DNA of 64,000 bases from Salpingoeca rosetta (GCA_033442325.1 JAWQFM010000024.1:862027-926026), one strand, 5' to 3'; positions 12,496-37,266 are shown, counted from the stretch's first letter. The notes: generated by a model from the sequence alone, not told the origin. A program made the numbers and translations.

Positions 12496-13528
12496 ACCCG
12501 GCACCTGCTTGCTACTCCTCATCCACCATCCGTCACACCACCACAACCCACCACCACAACCAGAACCAAACACACCCGTCAACATCAAGTGCCAGCGACA
12601 CCACTGCGCGCAAGATGCGAAAAATCAACCAAACAGCCCGACACCGTGCGTGTCTTGCTGTTTGGCATTTGTCTTTCGCTGTGATCTTGTCGTCTTTTGT
12701 TTTTGTCTCGTTTTTCTTTGTTGTTGATTGGGTTGGTTTGCAATTGTTTGCTGGTGGCGTGTAGCGTACCAGCCCCCCCCCCCGGACGTTGTTGCTTTTT
12801 GGATGTTGTTTCTCTCTTGTTCTCTGCTCCAATTTGCCAATGACGCTTGCTTGTCCCCCCCCCCCCTTTGCTTTTACCCCTTTCTCTTCTGCTCCCTTCT
12901 CCTGTGTTCCCCTCCTGCTGCATAACTGGTCCCGCGTGCTGTGTTGTGTCTCTTCGATAAGTACACACGATTCTCCACGCAACTGCGTCAGCCAACCCAA
13001 CAGCACAGCACATTGCCGCCAGTGTCAAAGTATGCAACGCGTGGCTGTTGTTTGGTTATGTACATTCATTGATCCCACTTCGTTGTGTTGGAACGAGAAG
13101 ACGAGTAAGACTGTCATGCGGGGGTGGGGGTGTGGTTGTGGCTTTGCTGGCGGTTGTTGGCGATGAGCAGGATTGAATTGGTTGTTTGATTGCTTGCTTG
13201 CTGGCGTGCACGTTCGATCCAGCAATGACATGACATGACGTGACATGACAGAAGTCTCTCTCATTGACAAACGCACGTGTCAAAGAGTGAAAGAAGGAGC
13301 AAAGGGAAGAGGTGCATCTTCGTCTGTGCCAAAATACAGATGATGACTGTCCTTGGGTGTGCGTGTGTGGCTGTGGTGGGTGTGGTATGCACAGGAACAA
13401 GAGTTGCAGCACGAAGTGCCGCAGCGTCAAAACCACGACAACAAAACAAAAACCGAGCCATTAAACCACACGCAACAGTAACTCGTGTTGGTGACACACA
13501 CAATGACCAGCGGCACCTATTGATTGCC

Positions 13529-14109
13529 TCAGCTGCTCTTCTTCTTCTTGTGCGACTTGTGCTTCTTGCGCCGGCCAAACAGCGTTCCAAAGAATCCCTT
13601 TCGCATCGTGTCCGTGTATTCCTTGGGCGCATCTGCCTGTTTCAGTGCATGTACAGAGAGCCGCTTCTTGATCTCGGGGTCAAGCTTGCGCGGGATCTGG
13701 TTTGGTGGCGGTGGTGGTGGCGGTGGTGGTGAGGGTGGGGGAGGCATGTAGGTTTCACATGGTGGCAGTGTTGTTGTTTAAGTTGTTGTTTACATTAAGT
13801 TGGTGGTGTTGTTGTTGGTGGTGGTGGTGGCAATGCAAGTGCACAGTGTGACAGACCGTGTCCTCGACGCTGCGCTCAACGGCATACAGATCCTCCACGT
13901 CATCCTCATCGTACGTGCCCATGCCATGCGCTGCTTCGTGCTCCTGTACAAGTGTGCGGGTGCAAGTGTGTGTGTGTGTGTGGGGGGGGGGGGAGGTGAG
14001 TTGGCAAATAAGGGGCAATGGCGTCTCTCGAGTGTGTTGCTGAAGCAGACACAACAACTCTGCAAACAGCTCGCTCCAAACACACACACACACACATATA
14101 TATACACAC

Positions 14110-14157
<48 letters not shown>

Positions 14158-14559
14158 GCACGCACACACCTGTCTGTCGAATTGTGTCTTGAGTTTCTTG
14201 ATTTCCATGCGCAGCTCGTCGTTGGTCTTCAGTACATCATTGAGCTTCTCAAGCTCCCTGCCAAGGCGAACGGACACGTTTACATGTGTACGTGTGTGTG
14301 TGTGTCAGTGAGTGAGGTATACTTGTCACTGGGAGCGATGGTGCCACATGCGTTGTTCTTGAATTGGAAAGCGCAGTGCAAAGCAGGTCGCCTCACGTGT
14401 CGATGGCTGTATCCATGGCGGCGATTCGGTCCAGTACTCCCTGTCGCTCATCGTCATCCATCGTCTCCTCCAGCAGCACATCGAGCACGCGCCGCTTCTT
14501 CCGGAATTCTCCAATGGCATCGCGGTGCACCTGTAACAGCAGCGTGTGTGTATGTGTGT

Positions 14560-14647
<88 letters not shown>

Positions 14648-15066
14648 CATCAAAGTGTGCCAATGACGGTGTTGTGGTTGATGACAGTGATGCAGCGAGC
14701 AAGTCCATCACAACGAAGCCACTGAGGTTGTGCTGACACTCCCCAGCACAGGTAACCACACACACACACACAGACACAGCGTACCTCGCAGGCGGTCAGC
14801 AATGCGGCAACAGCATCAAGTGTTTCGCGTTTTGCTGCCAGAATTGCCCGATATCGCACGCGCGCAATGAATCCTTTGCACACTTTCCGCACAAATCTCA
14901 ACGCCTCTGCGTGCTTTCGCATGGCAAGTTGCAGCTCGTCGATGTGGTTGTACTTCAGAAACACCTGTGTTTGTGTTTGTGTTTGAATTTGGGGAGGGCG
15001 AGGATGGATGGTTGGTGCAAAGAGAAATGAGGTGAGGCGTGCACAAGGCAGGCAGCAACGCAAGTA

Positions 15067-15143
<77 letters not shown>

Positions 15144-17078
15144 ACTGAACACCCAGACAAGTGCGCACAAAGGGCGGACCAACCTTGCTGGTGCCGATGC
15201 GGTAATTCTTGAGTCCAGCCAGCGTCAAGATGCGTTGCGCCGTTTCCGCGTCCGTGTTGGGCTGTTCGTCTGCCATTGGGTCGGTTTGCAGAGTACATGT
15301 GGGGTTTGCATTACACGTGAACTACGGAGAATGTTCTTGCATGCAACAACATAACTTCAGGACTCCACACAGGCAGACAGACAGACAGACAGACGTGCAC
15401 GCACGGGCGGGGGCATTGAGTGCACTCTGTACTGTTGAGTGAGCAACTTACGGGCTTTGCAGAAGATGATGCGGTAGTGTTTGCAAAACTCTTCAAAGGA
15501 CATGCGGACCGCGTATCCGGCCTGGCGAATCCGGACAGTTTCCAGGACACCGGCGTACTTGAGTTGTTTTGAAACGGCTTTGCTGTTAAACGCATGCGGT
15601 TTCTTGTCCGTGTTGGGCTTGATGCAGCGAACAAAATGGGGCCTTGATGCAGATAGTGCGTCATGGATGTGGTGGTGTAGTTCGGGAGTTTGTGGTTGAT
15701 TGGGTATTGTTGTTCGCGAATAAGGAAGGTGGTGATGGCATGTGCACAGGTGTACATCGTGAGAGGGTGAGGGGGTGGCAGGCAAGTTGTAACGCGACGC
15801 CAGCCGAGTACACACAGCAATGAGTACATATTCAGTCATCACCACAGGCACAGACACACACAGACACAGACACACACACACGCATGCATGCACGCACACA
15901 CACAGGCACAGACACAGATACAGACAGACACATACACACGCACGCATGCACGCACGCACGCACACACACACACACACGCATGCATGCACGCACACACACG
16001 CACACACGCACACACGCACATACAGCGGTGTTGAGTGCGCACATTGTTCTGTTGAGGGCAGACATGAGTTCGTCGAGGGATTTGAGGAAGAAGGAGGAGA
16101 GTGTGGCGAGATTTGCCTGAGGTTTTCGGAAAAAGCGGCCTGTGAATGAATGTCACACAACCACAACAACAGGAGACGGTGGGATGACAGAGTGGGTGTT
16201 GGACGTGAGGAGGAGGTGGAGGAAGATGGAGAAAGATGGAGAAGGTAACTTGCAAGAAGGATCAAGGGAATCGTGACGGCAGTGCTGACAACAACGGCAC
16301 AGACACACACCAACACCTACACCAACACCTACACCTACACATACACCTACACCTACACCGACACCTACACCTACACCCACACCTACACCTACACCGACAC
16401 CTACACCTACACCAACACCTTCACCTACGCACTCATTAGCACACGCTTTGCTTACTCTGTCTGCGTTTGCTCTGGACCTTGAAGCCGGAAGCCATGTCGC
16501 GTTGTGCGGTGTACAGCGCAACAAGAAACTCCGAGCGGCTCTGCAAGAGTGTTGGCACGACAGAGTCGGCCAACTTGTCCTTGTTCTTCTCCAGAAACCC
16601 TTCGCACGAGTACGTGACCTGCGCGCGCGCGTGTGTTGGTTTGTTGGGGGGAAGGGTTGGGGTAACGGGAGGAGGAGGGACAGCGCGTGATTTCGAGCAA
16701 GAGCAGCATGTGAGGGCGGTGGGCGCTGTCAGCAGCAAGGGCGTGATGGCAAGTGGCAGACATGTTTCGCTGCACGATGCAGTCAAACCACAGCGGACAA
16801 GGGAACACAAGGAAACAGATGACAACATCACCACCACTGAAACCGTCACCATCACCACCATCACCACCATCACCACCATCGTCACTGGCATCAGCGGACC
16901 TGGCCAGCAAAGTGGTTGACGGTGAATTTGAGATCACGGGATGACCGGGCGGGCGTGAAGGCGTTGGACCTGTGCTGCTTCAACTGCTCGCCGCACTTGT
17001 TCACAAACGCATTGTCGCTCCCTTGTGGAAACCGGGACTTCTTGCGGACACACACACACACACACAGGCACTCCTGCA

Positions 17079-17114
<36 letters not shown>

Positions 17115-18004
17115 NNNNNNNNNNNNNNNNNNNNNNNNNNNNNNNNNNNNNNNNNNNNNNNNNNNNNNNNNNNNNNNNNNNNNNNNNNNNNNNNNNNNNN
17201 NNNNNNNNNNNNNNAGCCAACCGTCCGAACCAATCAACCCAACGACTAACAAGATGAACAAGAGAAAGAGACAATACACAATCGACACACGCACGCACAC
17301 ACACATACACGCGCGCGCACACACACGCACACACACACACGCGCGCGCACACACAGACACACACACACACACACCTCGTTGAGAAGAGAAAGAATGCCGC
17401 CTTTGCCCGCGCAGAGAAAGATGATGTCTTGGTTGTCTGGATACGAAAACTCGGAGCCATCAATACCTTCTTGCTTGTACGCTTCAACCTCCATCTGAAC
17501 ACATGTCAGCAGTGCACGTAAAGAAGAACAGCAGGAGTGTGTCAAGGGTAGGTGGGCGCAGTCGAAGCAGTGGACAGATACACAGGCAAAGCCAGCACCG
17601 ACAAAGGCAGCATTGGCACACACTCACACACATTTACACGAATTAAAAATTCACCTTCACCCAAGCACGCAAGCGTACACAGACACACAGACACACAGAC
17701 ACACAGACACACACTTCGAAGATGTGTTGGTTGAAGAATCGCTGCAGGTGCTCGTTGGTGATGTTGATGCAGAGCTGCTCAAGTGAATTCTCTTCAAACT
17801 GCTCAAACCCAAAGATGTCCAGCACACCCATGCTGCACGCCTTGAGGTGCGACACGCTCGCGTCGCACGCCAGCGTGTCGTTGAGGGACGAGATGAGCCA
17901 CGCAAAGCATCGCGAGTACAGCGATTTCGCAATGGAATCACGCGCGTCTGCAGCAGCAGTTGGATCGTGCAACCGCACAATCTCCTCTCCTGGTGTGGTG
18001 GCGG

Positions 18005-18046
<42 letters not shown>

Positions 18047-20789
18047 GTTGTGGTGTATGGTGGTGGTGGCAGTGTATGATGGGTGGACGGAAGATGAGTG
18101 CAACGTGATTGACGATGGTCGCAGGCGCACTCTTGGAAGCACCTGGAATCTTGCGAGCCGCCACCACCTCCCGACAATGCCACGACCACATGCACGTGCT
18201 CACCTCGCGTTGTTGTGACGGCCGTTGTCAGGATGCTTTGCAGTTGTTGTTCATCAAGACCTGAGGCACCAAGGAGGTGCAGTTTGGTTGCAAGGGATGG
18301 TGTTTTGTTGGGGTTTAGCAAAACGCGTCAAATTGGGAATGCTGTTGGTTCGGTTACAGATAGACAGACAGACAGAGAGACAGAGACAGAGACAGAGACA
18401 GAGACAGAGACAAGCAGACAGAGACAGAGACAGAGACAGAGACAAGCAGACAGAGAGGCAAGACACACGCAAAACACAGACACACGCGGACCTGTGAGCT
18501 CGGCTGCGTGTTGCAGCGAGGGCGACGACGATGAGGAGACGCTGGCGCCGTCCTGATACCAATGTCATGTGAGGATGAGGACAACAAGGAGAGGAGTGCA
18601 TGCACGCGACGAGTGTGAGGACTCAAGAAATCATGGATGACACACACACACACACATACACGCACACAACCGTGACAGAAGCAGAGGCAGAGCGGAGGAA
18701 CAAACGAACAAGCGCGCGCACAGACACACACGCACACAGGCACAGACAGACAGACAGACAGACAGACACACACACACACAGACAAACACACACAGACAGA
18801 CAGACACAGACAAACACACACACACACATACACACACAGACACACGCACGTTTGGCGCCGGTGTGAACGCAATGTCGCCAATGTGCAGGATTGCGGATAT
18901 GACATCAAAGAGCGCATCGATCTCCGTCGCGTCGAAGCCAAAGTTGAACATCATGTCCAGCAGCTGGTGATAGCGTTGGTGGTGGTGGATGATGATGATG
19001 ATGATGATGCATGTGTGAGCAGTGGTGGCGGTGGTGATGATCGTGCATGAGTGCATGATGAGTAGCAACTGCGTGTGAGGCGACGTGAAATTGTACAACA
19101 AGACAGAGAGCCAACAATGTCCGGACAGCCAGCAGACGCATGCTCATACCTGGTTGAAATGCTGCTCCATGTTGCGCTTCTTGTTGTGTGCGCTCTTTGA
19201 AGTGTTGCGCACGTACGCGTGCTGGGATACGGGCCTGATTGGCGGTGTGATTCTCAGTGTCAGCGATTGTGCAAGGGGAAAAGAGCAGCGAGGCACGGGG
19301 GAACGAAGCAAGAAAGGAAGCAAGAAAGACCGCATCTGTCCTTTCCCAAAGCACACACACATACACACATACACACATACACGCATATACACACACATAT
19401 ACAGTTGCTCACTTGAGGTGGCGCTGTGATCTGTTCTCTTCGCTCATGCCCTCCAGGACGTAGTAGAAGATGTGGAAGTTGCTCTCGTTGTCCTGTACAT
19501 GACGGGACAGGTGGTGATTGTAATTGGTGAGGCATGGCGTGGCATGAATACATGTTCGTACGCTCGTGCGTGCATGGCCGTTGCGGATGTGTGTGTGTGT
19601 GTGTGTGTGTGACAGACGAAAGCACCTCCTCACAAGAGCGTGCATGAAAGTGGCATGAGTTGGGTCGAGGGCTCACTTGTAGATGCGTGACGCGTGATTT
19701 CTCCAGCAGATACGTGGTCAGCTCAGCTGTTGGTGTGTTGGTTGTGTGAATGTGTTGGATGGCATGAGCATCAGCAAGGCGCAGCCTGCACGCACGTGCA
19801 CAACACAGTCAGACAAAGATTCGCGAACGCACATGCACATGCACAGAAGAGACACACCTCCAAGCACAGAGCCAGTGCGATCAAAGTTGAGGTTGATGTA
19901 TTTGCCGAAGCGTGACGAGTTGTCGTTCATCACTGCACAACACAGGTGAATCAGGGTGTAAGCTGACATTAGACCCAGGAAGCGACTCGAATGTGCATAC
20001 GGGTGTGCACACGCTTGTAGTGATGCTACACACAGACAGACAGGCAGACACACACACACACACACACAGACGACCACACAGACAGACAGACACACACAGA
20101 CAGACAGACACACACAGACAGACAGATACACACACACACACCTGTCTGTGCGTTGCCGAATGCTTCAAGGAGCGGGTTGAGGCGAAGGATGTTGGTCTCC
20201 AGGATGGTCTTGCCTGCTTTGCACACCTCCATCACGTGTGTGATGATGTGTTTCGTTGTCTCCGTCTTTCCAGCTCCGCTCTCCCCGCTGTGACCAGCAG
20301 GCCACAAGGCAATGACACGTGGCGATGGTGAGTTCAAATGCATTGTGTGATTGTGTGATTGTGTGGGATAATGCATGCAGGTGTGCGTGCGTGTGTACAC
20401 GCGTGTGAGTGTGTGTTGCACGAAGGTGTTGATGTTTATGCGAGAGCAGCAACCGCTGCTGCCAGCGACTGACCTGATGACGAAGCTTTGATCTGTCTTG
20501 GTCTGCATCATGCGCTCGTAGGCGTAGTTGGCAACAAAGTACACATGCGGGGCAACCGCGGTGCGTGGGACGCGGCCTTTGTACTTGTCTTGCATCTATC
20601 GATGACGGTGATGAAGCGGGAGGCGGGGTGTGAGAGTGAACAGTAAGAGAAGCCTGAGGGCAAGCGATCGGCAGTAATCATGTTGAACAAGCTCAAGCAC
20701 ACAGTGTACAAGCTCACAGACACCAACACAAACACAGACACAGACACAGACAGAGTGAGACAAACACAGACACAGACACCAACACAAAC

Positions 20790-20824
<35 letters not shown>

Positions 20825-20839
20825 CACACACACACACAC

Positions 20840-20872
<33 letters not shown>

Positions 20873-21380
20873 CACTCACACACATACACNNNNNNNNNNN
20901 NNNNNNNNNNNNNNNNNNNNNNNNNNNNNNNNNNNNNNNNNNNNNNNNNNNNNNNNNNNNNNNNNNNNNNNNNNNNNNNNNNNNNNNNNACACAACACAC
21001 ACATACGCACCGCTTGTGTGTAGAGGCCCAGCTCCCGGTAAGGGTTACACGCCACGAGGATGTCACCAATGTATGTCTGTTGATCCAAGCATGGATGTCA
21101 TCATCCACACAGCAGGCATGAGCTGTGCAGCACAGTGACCCACGCAAACGCCTCACCACAGCCATCAACAGCGTCACAGGCATTCGTGCAGCCGGACAAC
21201 CAGCCGTCTGGTGCGAAGCCCTCACACACTTGAAGCACCCACATGACGCACTCGCATCAACATCAACATCCACATCTCAACACCCATGCTTACATAGATG
21301 ACATCCTTGGAGAATCGCGACGACAGCTGCTTGACGAGCGCTGATTCAGACAGCTCCCGCAGCTGGGCAAGGTCATCCAT
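13529..21380 (-). CDS. Unconventional myosin heavy chain (class III/XXVIII-like motor, no N-terminal kinase seen; IQ, coiled coil, Pro-rich/basic tail); many exons, spans two gaps
   Basis: Exons encode MDDLAQL...IY|[28 protein letters not shown] (P-loop), [12 protein letters not shown]|[12 protein letters not shown] (switch I), [39 protein letters not shown] (switch II), [32 protein letters not shown]|VFLK and an IQ-like [14 protein letters not shown]. The exact start and the class are uncertain. Confidence 0.93.
15069..15143. repeat. (GCAA)n microsatellite, intronic
   Basis: Direct inspection. Confidence 0.95.
16308..16428. repeat. (ACACCT)n degenerate hexamer repeat, intronic
   Basis: Direct inspection. 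Confidence 0.9.
17115..17214. other. Assembly gap (100 N)
   Basis: N run. Confidence 1.
20890..20989. other. Assembly gap (100 N)
   Basis: N run. Confidence 1.
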
Positions 21381-21848
21381 GCCTGCTCGCCTTGCTTGGC
21401 TTGCTGCTCGCGTCGCCACTCAGCCTCTCGCCAGCATCCACACAAGCCTACAAGGTGATCAGCACATACACAGAAGCAAGCTGGCACCACCACACCCTTG
21501 TTGCTTGTTGACTTCTTCTCGTATCCGTTCGTGCGTGTGCGTGAATTTCAGCGGAATTTAAGTGACGACGAAGGACAGAAGGTGACACCAACGATGACTG
21601 CCTTGTTGCCAACCTTGCTTGCCAACCTTGCTTGCACTGTTGCGATGTGCTGTGACATGACATGAAGTGACACAGTGCGCAAACAAGCTCGCTCGCTTGT
21701 TGGCGAAGCTTGACGCTTGATGGTTGTAGGGAGGATTCATCTCCTAATGCTGCTGTGTGCATGTGTGCATAGACAGATCGACTTGACGCAGGATTGCTGA
21801 CTCGCTTGCTTGGCTTTGCTGGATGGGATCAACAAGCTACCATCAGTG
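21381..21848. promoter_or_regulatory. Putative bidirectional promoter (myosin / NEK9-like)
   Basis: ~470 bp between divergent coding starts. Confidence 0.45.
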
Positions 21849-29385
<7,537 letters not shown>

Positions 29386-29849
29386 GGGTTATGACTCCTG
29401 CGTCGGGATTACTCTCGGCAATCGGTAGAATTTAGCGTACTGCCGCTCCCGCAGGTGTGAGGACAGCAAACCGCTGATGATGAGCGCTCATGTGTGCCTG
29501 CGTGCGTGCGTGCGTGCGTGCGTGCGATTGTGTGTGTGTGTGTGTGTGTGTGAAAGGGATGGGAGTTGTTTGGCTCAAGCAAGGAGCGCCATCAGGCTTT
29601 GTTTCAAAGCGGTGCGTACCCCTTTCTACGATTTGTAAATGCAGTTTTTGCTCCAAGACCGTTTCCTTCGAGCATTTAATGATAATGATGCAGCGAGCCA
29701 GCTGAAAACACACAGACACACACACACACACACACAGACACACACACACACACACACACACAGACAGACACACAGACACGCACATACAGACGCACAGACA
29801 GACACAGACAGACACAGACACATACACACACACGCACGCACGCACATGT

Positions 29850-30262
29850 CTATTGTCGACCGCTCATGGCCTGGGGCGGGAGCTTTCGAGCCGCGCGCTT
29901 GCCCTGGTTACGGCGGAGAACAACCAGCATTGCAAACGTGGCCGCTGCGAGCGAATACCTGCCAGCAAAGGAAGGAAGGAAGGAAGGAAGGAAACAGGGT
30001 GTGTGTGCGTGGATTGTGAGTCGTGCATACATGTATGTGAGCACGTGTATGTGCATGTGTTGTGCTGGCGAACAAGAAAGCAAGTGTTTAAGTGTACAAG
30101 TGTACAAGTGTGCGGAGGTGATGACAGCAACCATGAGAGCACAACAGCGGCAGTAGAGATGCAACCATGACGGACCAAGTGATGATGTACTGCATATGTT
30201 CGTTGCGGATGTTGATCTGCGTCTGTCCACCAAGCGGCATCCCTCCAGGCGGCGTGCACTCT

Positions 30263-30310
<48 letters not shown>

Positions 30311-31277
30311 GGTGATGAAGATGAGGGGTTGTGGTGCATGGATCGCTCATGGAATGGCGTGCAGTGTAATGCACGGGAGCATAACAGTGCAATCATCACA
30401 CTCTGCAGCAGCGAATCAAGACAATGCTTCTCACCTTCCACGACATCAATGAGGATTGGCTTTGTGTTTCGCGCTTCCGACATTGTCTGCAGGCAACCGG
30501 CAATTGTCAGCGTCGGTGAGAAACAGAGAGGGCGTGTGTGTGTGCGTGATTGTGTGCGTGCGTGATGGTGTGTGTGCGTGTGTGTGTTTGTGTGCGGTGT
30601 GCGGTGTGTGTGTGTGTCGGTCGCCTTGTTTGTGTGCGGTTTGCGGTGTGTGTGATGATGATGGCACCTTGATATCGATCCAGCGCCACTCATCCTTCTC
30701 CGGCTCATTCTCAGGAACAAACGCCCCTTTCTGTTCAGTGCAAGCACATGTGGGGGAGGGAAGGGGGGGGGGGAGGAGAGGTGTCACAATGTGAGCGGCA
30801 ACGAACGACAATTGTTTCCGGTTGTGGATGGACGACACTGACACAACAAGACGGACAGAAATAACCGAATGGACAAGGACAACAATAAGCAAGCAAGCAC
30901 ACATGTTCATCGCACACACACACACACCTTTTCTCCGAGGCGAACGATGCCCTCAAGCTTCTGCTTGCCCTGCACTTGTCCTTGCTGGCGTTTCGATGGA
31001 GGAACGTAGTCCTCTGTGACAAAACCGCGGTTGACTAGAATCACATCCCTGCCAGCACATCATGTGGTGGTGAGGTTTGTGCGTGCGTGTGTGCGTGCGT
31101 GCGTGTGTGCGTGCGTGTGTGTGTGGTTGATGGCGCGTGAGTGTCCAGGAGTGCTGCAGGCGGGAGGAGAGGGCACGCAACAACAACAATTCATGTTGTA
31201 TCAGCCATCGTGCGTACCCGGTGTCTGCGCGGCGGAACGGAGTGATGATCTGGGCACCGGGGGTGGGCACATCGCCC

Positions 31278-31355
<78 letters not shown>

Positions 31356-32165
31356 CGTCGTCGTCGAGGGTGGTGGTGGTGGTGGTGTCGTGTTTGGGGT
31401 TTGGGGAGTGAGTGCGATGTCCACACGCATGAAGGTGCAACACGCACACATACACACACACATACGGTTTGCACTGACCATGCTTGAGAAGGCCTCACGT
31501 GTGCGCGTGCGTGGTGACACAATAATCTCTGTTCACAGGCAAGGACAAGCGAGCAGTTGGAGGTGAGTGAATCAAGAACACACGTGCAAGAAGCGACAAG
31601 TAAGCACAACGACTGCACCACACACACATACGTACACATACAACGCACAACCAACACGGAACACACCCGCACTTGCTGACCTTGGTCGTGGAGAAACTCG
31701 CCCTCAACACTCACACGTTCATACTCCATACCAGCAACGTCGACAACTCTGCACAGCGCATATGTGTATGTGCGTGTATGTGTACAGGTGTGCATGCATG
31801 TACGCGTCTGTGTGTGTATGCATGATTGGGATGGGGGCGCACAAGGTTCTCACTCCACGATAACGGGCAAGCGTGGGCCGAGGCACACAGGAGGGCGTAC
31901 GCACGAGGTTGGCAGTGGAACAGCCTCCTTGGACAGCTTTCCCTCCATAACAGCGATGAGCTCCTCCTTCTGTTTCTTGCGGAAGATCTGCCAGGTACCG
32001 AGCCCAAAGGCAATCGCAGGCATGGCCATCAACAGCGGCGACACGCCCGAGCTGCCGCCACCATCCGCCGCTCCCTGAACGCGAGCATGGTTGTGCGGTG
32101 GAGGTAAAGGTACGTTGATGTGAGCAGTGGGTGCAGACGTAGTGCACGCCAAACATCCGCAAGCT

Positions 32166-32256
<91 letters not shown>

Positions 32257-32491
32257 ACGCGGCGCATGCCTTTTGGAACCGCTGTGGATGCAAGCCGACG
32301 CACAGGGACTTGGAGGCGCCTCGCTGACAACGCAATGCAAGAGAGAGGGGGGGCAAGAGAGAGTGTGTGTCTGCATGTGAGTGGTTGAAGGTAGGAGGTT
32401 GGCGTTGGTGGGTTCGTTGTGCCAAGACAGGAAGACTGACCCTGCCTCACGCACGCTGCCTTTCAAACGTACCAATCATGGAGAGCATCAT
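29850..32491 (-). CDS. SURF1: SURF1/Shy1 cytochrome c oxidase assembly protein
   Basis: Exons: PAIAFGLGTWQIFRKKQKEELI, MEYERVSVEGEFLH, IITPFRRADT, ILVNRGFV, FVPENEPEKDEWRWID, PLGGQTQINIRNEHMQYIITW|YSLAAAT. These are canonical SURF1 motifs with two TM segments. Confidence 0.95.
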
Positions 32492-32833
32492 CGTTGCGGA
32501 TCTGTGCCGCTGATCAGGCGAGGGTGAGGGTGAGGGTGAAGGGGGAGGGGGGGGGGGTATGCTGATGCTGATGGGGTGGATGAGGTGGTCGTGGTGGAAA
32601 CCCGAACAGCAAGTGCAGCAACAGCGCGCAACAATCACTGGTTGTTTGATTTCATGTCCAACACGCCTTATTACAGCAGAACGAACGAAGAAGTAACGAC
32701 GACTGACAACACCAGGCAGGCAGGCAGGCAGGCAAGCAGGCAGGCAAGCAGGCAGGCAAGCAGGCAGGCAGGCAACCAGGCAGGCAGGCAGACCAGTGTG
32801 AGCAGAGACAGCAGCGACAAGCAGGCGGCGGCC
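32492..32833. promoter_or_regulatory. Putative bidirectional promoter (SURF1 / UCHL5), with (GGCA)n tract
   Basis: ~340 bp between divergent ATGs. Confidence 0.5.
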
Positions 32834-35005
<2,172 letters not shown>

Positions 35006-35356
35006 CGGTGGTGATGGTTGTAAGGTGGCGGTGGTGGTGGTGACGATGATGATGACGATGGTGGGGAGTGGGGGTTGGGGTCGCATTTGCTGTCGTTGAC
35101 GTTCTTGCATTGCGTATCTTGTTGCTTCTTCCGGTTTGATAATGAACAGTGTAATCAGACTCGAGTGTGTACAGCAGAAGATCAAGTAGATAACACACTA
35201 ACACAGGGACACAGACACAGACACACAGACACACATACACGCACAGACACACAGACACACAGACACAGACACAGGGGCACAGACACACAGACACACAGAC
35301 ACAGACAGGGGCACAGACACAGACACAGACACACACACATACACGCCACATGAGCA

Positions 35357-35835
35357 TCACGGGAGGGAGAGGGCGTCTGTGGGCTGTGGCGTGCCCGCGG
35401 GCCTGAGACTGGTGCCTGTGAGTCGCATTCCATCGCCAGCAAGCGACTGCTGTCGCCGCTCCTGCGTTAGCCAATACAGCATCTCGCGCACGTCCGACGA
35501 CATCTTGTCCCTGGTGAACGTTTGGGGAGGAGGAGGAGGAGCGTGTTAGTGGTGGTGGTGATGGTGATGATGGTTGTGAGTGTCGTTGTGTGAGCGGACT
35601 GCCAACTGATTCAGCAGGCGAGCAAGCAGCAAGAACAGCCAGCCAACCAGCCAGCCACACAGACACACAGACGCAGACGCATAGATACACACACAGAGAA
35701 CAGACACACAGACACAGACACACACAGAGAACAGACACAGACACACACAGAGAACAGACAGACACACAGACACACACAAAGAACAGACACACACACACAC
35801 ACACACGCACAGACATACACACACACACGCACAGT

Positions 35836-35882
<47 letters not shown>

Positions 35883-36441
35883 CCCACCTGTACGGCCGCT
35901 GGTCGAATGCGACGACGTCGCCCAGAATCGTCTCCACACGATCAATCGCGGCCAGCACGCGTTTGCCGGCGCGTTCAAGTTTCCCCATCATCACGCCACG
36001 CTTCTTCGCCTCAGCAACACGGGACGATTGCGACACGCGCGCGTACAGCCGTGCAGGGTCGCTTGCAACGCGTTCAAACTCCTCCAGCTCGCTCAGTACA
36101 GCCTCGCGCGCAACAATGGCGGCGCGCACCTCCTCCCACAGCTCAACGGCCTGACGCAGGGCATGCAGCGTGTGGCCCTGCACACCACTGCCGTGACCAC
36201 TGGGACCACCGCCACCAGCGGCGCTTCGTGCTGCGCGCGTGTGTGCGGATGTGCGGACGCCGCGAATGCGATCGGCGACATCGAGCGGCTGCAGGCGGTG
36301 GCGCCGGCTGATGATGGTGGTTGATTGTTGAAGGTGGTGAATGGTTGATGGTGGTGATTGGTGGATGAGTTGGGGCATTGGAAAGGCACAATAAGCAAAT
36401 GAGACGCACTCTGTTCTTCTTCAACAACGGTCACCACCATG

Positions 36442-36514
<73 letters not shown>

Positions 36515-37212
36515 CAACCACGCGTGCCGTTCTTTCCCCACTCTCTCCTCGCCCCCCCCTACTTCCCTGCGTCACCAACACTGCGGCTTACGTTGTGGCC
36601 GATCCTGGGCGAGAGTACTTGACGCTGCTGTAGAGGATTGCCTTGTCTAGTTTCTCCATGGTGCTCAGCCGGAGGTCCCGCCAAACAACATCGAACCGCC
36701 GCTGCAACGCATCGAATTCCCGCTGCCGCCTGCACAGGGGCAAACACGGGTCGTGGTGATGGCGGTGGTGGTGCACGTGAGGTTGTGTGAGGTTGTTCGT
36801 ATGTATGGGTAAGTGTCTTCGTGCGCCAAGGACATTGGGAGGCAACGATCCAAGTCATGCCACCATCAGCAAATTCATCGTCATGATCGTTGTGATCGTT
36901 GTGATCGTTGTGATCGCACTTCATCTCATGGTCGTCGCCTGTGAGCTGATCCAGCGCAAGATCATTCATATCCGCAGCCAGGCCGCCCATCTGCACCAAA
37001 CACACACACACACACATGTGTCAAGTGAGAGTCGGTTGAGTGGAAGGAAGGCCTGTGCAGAAGGATGTGCACACGCAAACAAACAACCAACCAACCAACC
37101 AATCAACCAACCAACCAACCAATCAACCAACCAACCAACCAATCAACCAACCAACCAACCAACCAATCAACCAACCAATCAACCAACCAACCAATCAACC
37201 AACCAACCAAAG

Positions 37213-37266
<54 letters not shown>

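Noticed and set aside
10708-12588. 626-aa ORF antisense to the PH-catalase
   Set aside because: Shadow ORF. Extreme C/G third-position bias on the sense strand removes antisense stops, and the product is V/G/L/A-rich with no motifs.
12484-12685. Possible stop-codon readthrough giving a cryptic PTS1 (protein ends ...SK*)
   Set aside because: The stop is TAA-A, not a leaky TGA-CTA context, and the in-frame extension does not end in an SKL-like tripeptide.
17030-17114. Odd acceptor region in myosin (K instead of E in EESRFP; extra CAG|GAGTGCC fragment)
   Set aside because: It lies within 100 bp of a gap and among CA repeats; most likely a sequence error.
29853-29970. Plus-strand ELSSRALALVTAENNQ as a last NEK exon
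   Set aside because: It is the antisense of the SURF1 terminal exon (YSLAAATFAML...).
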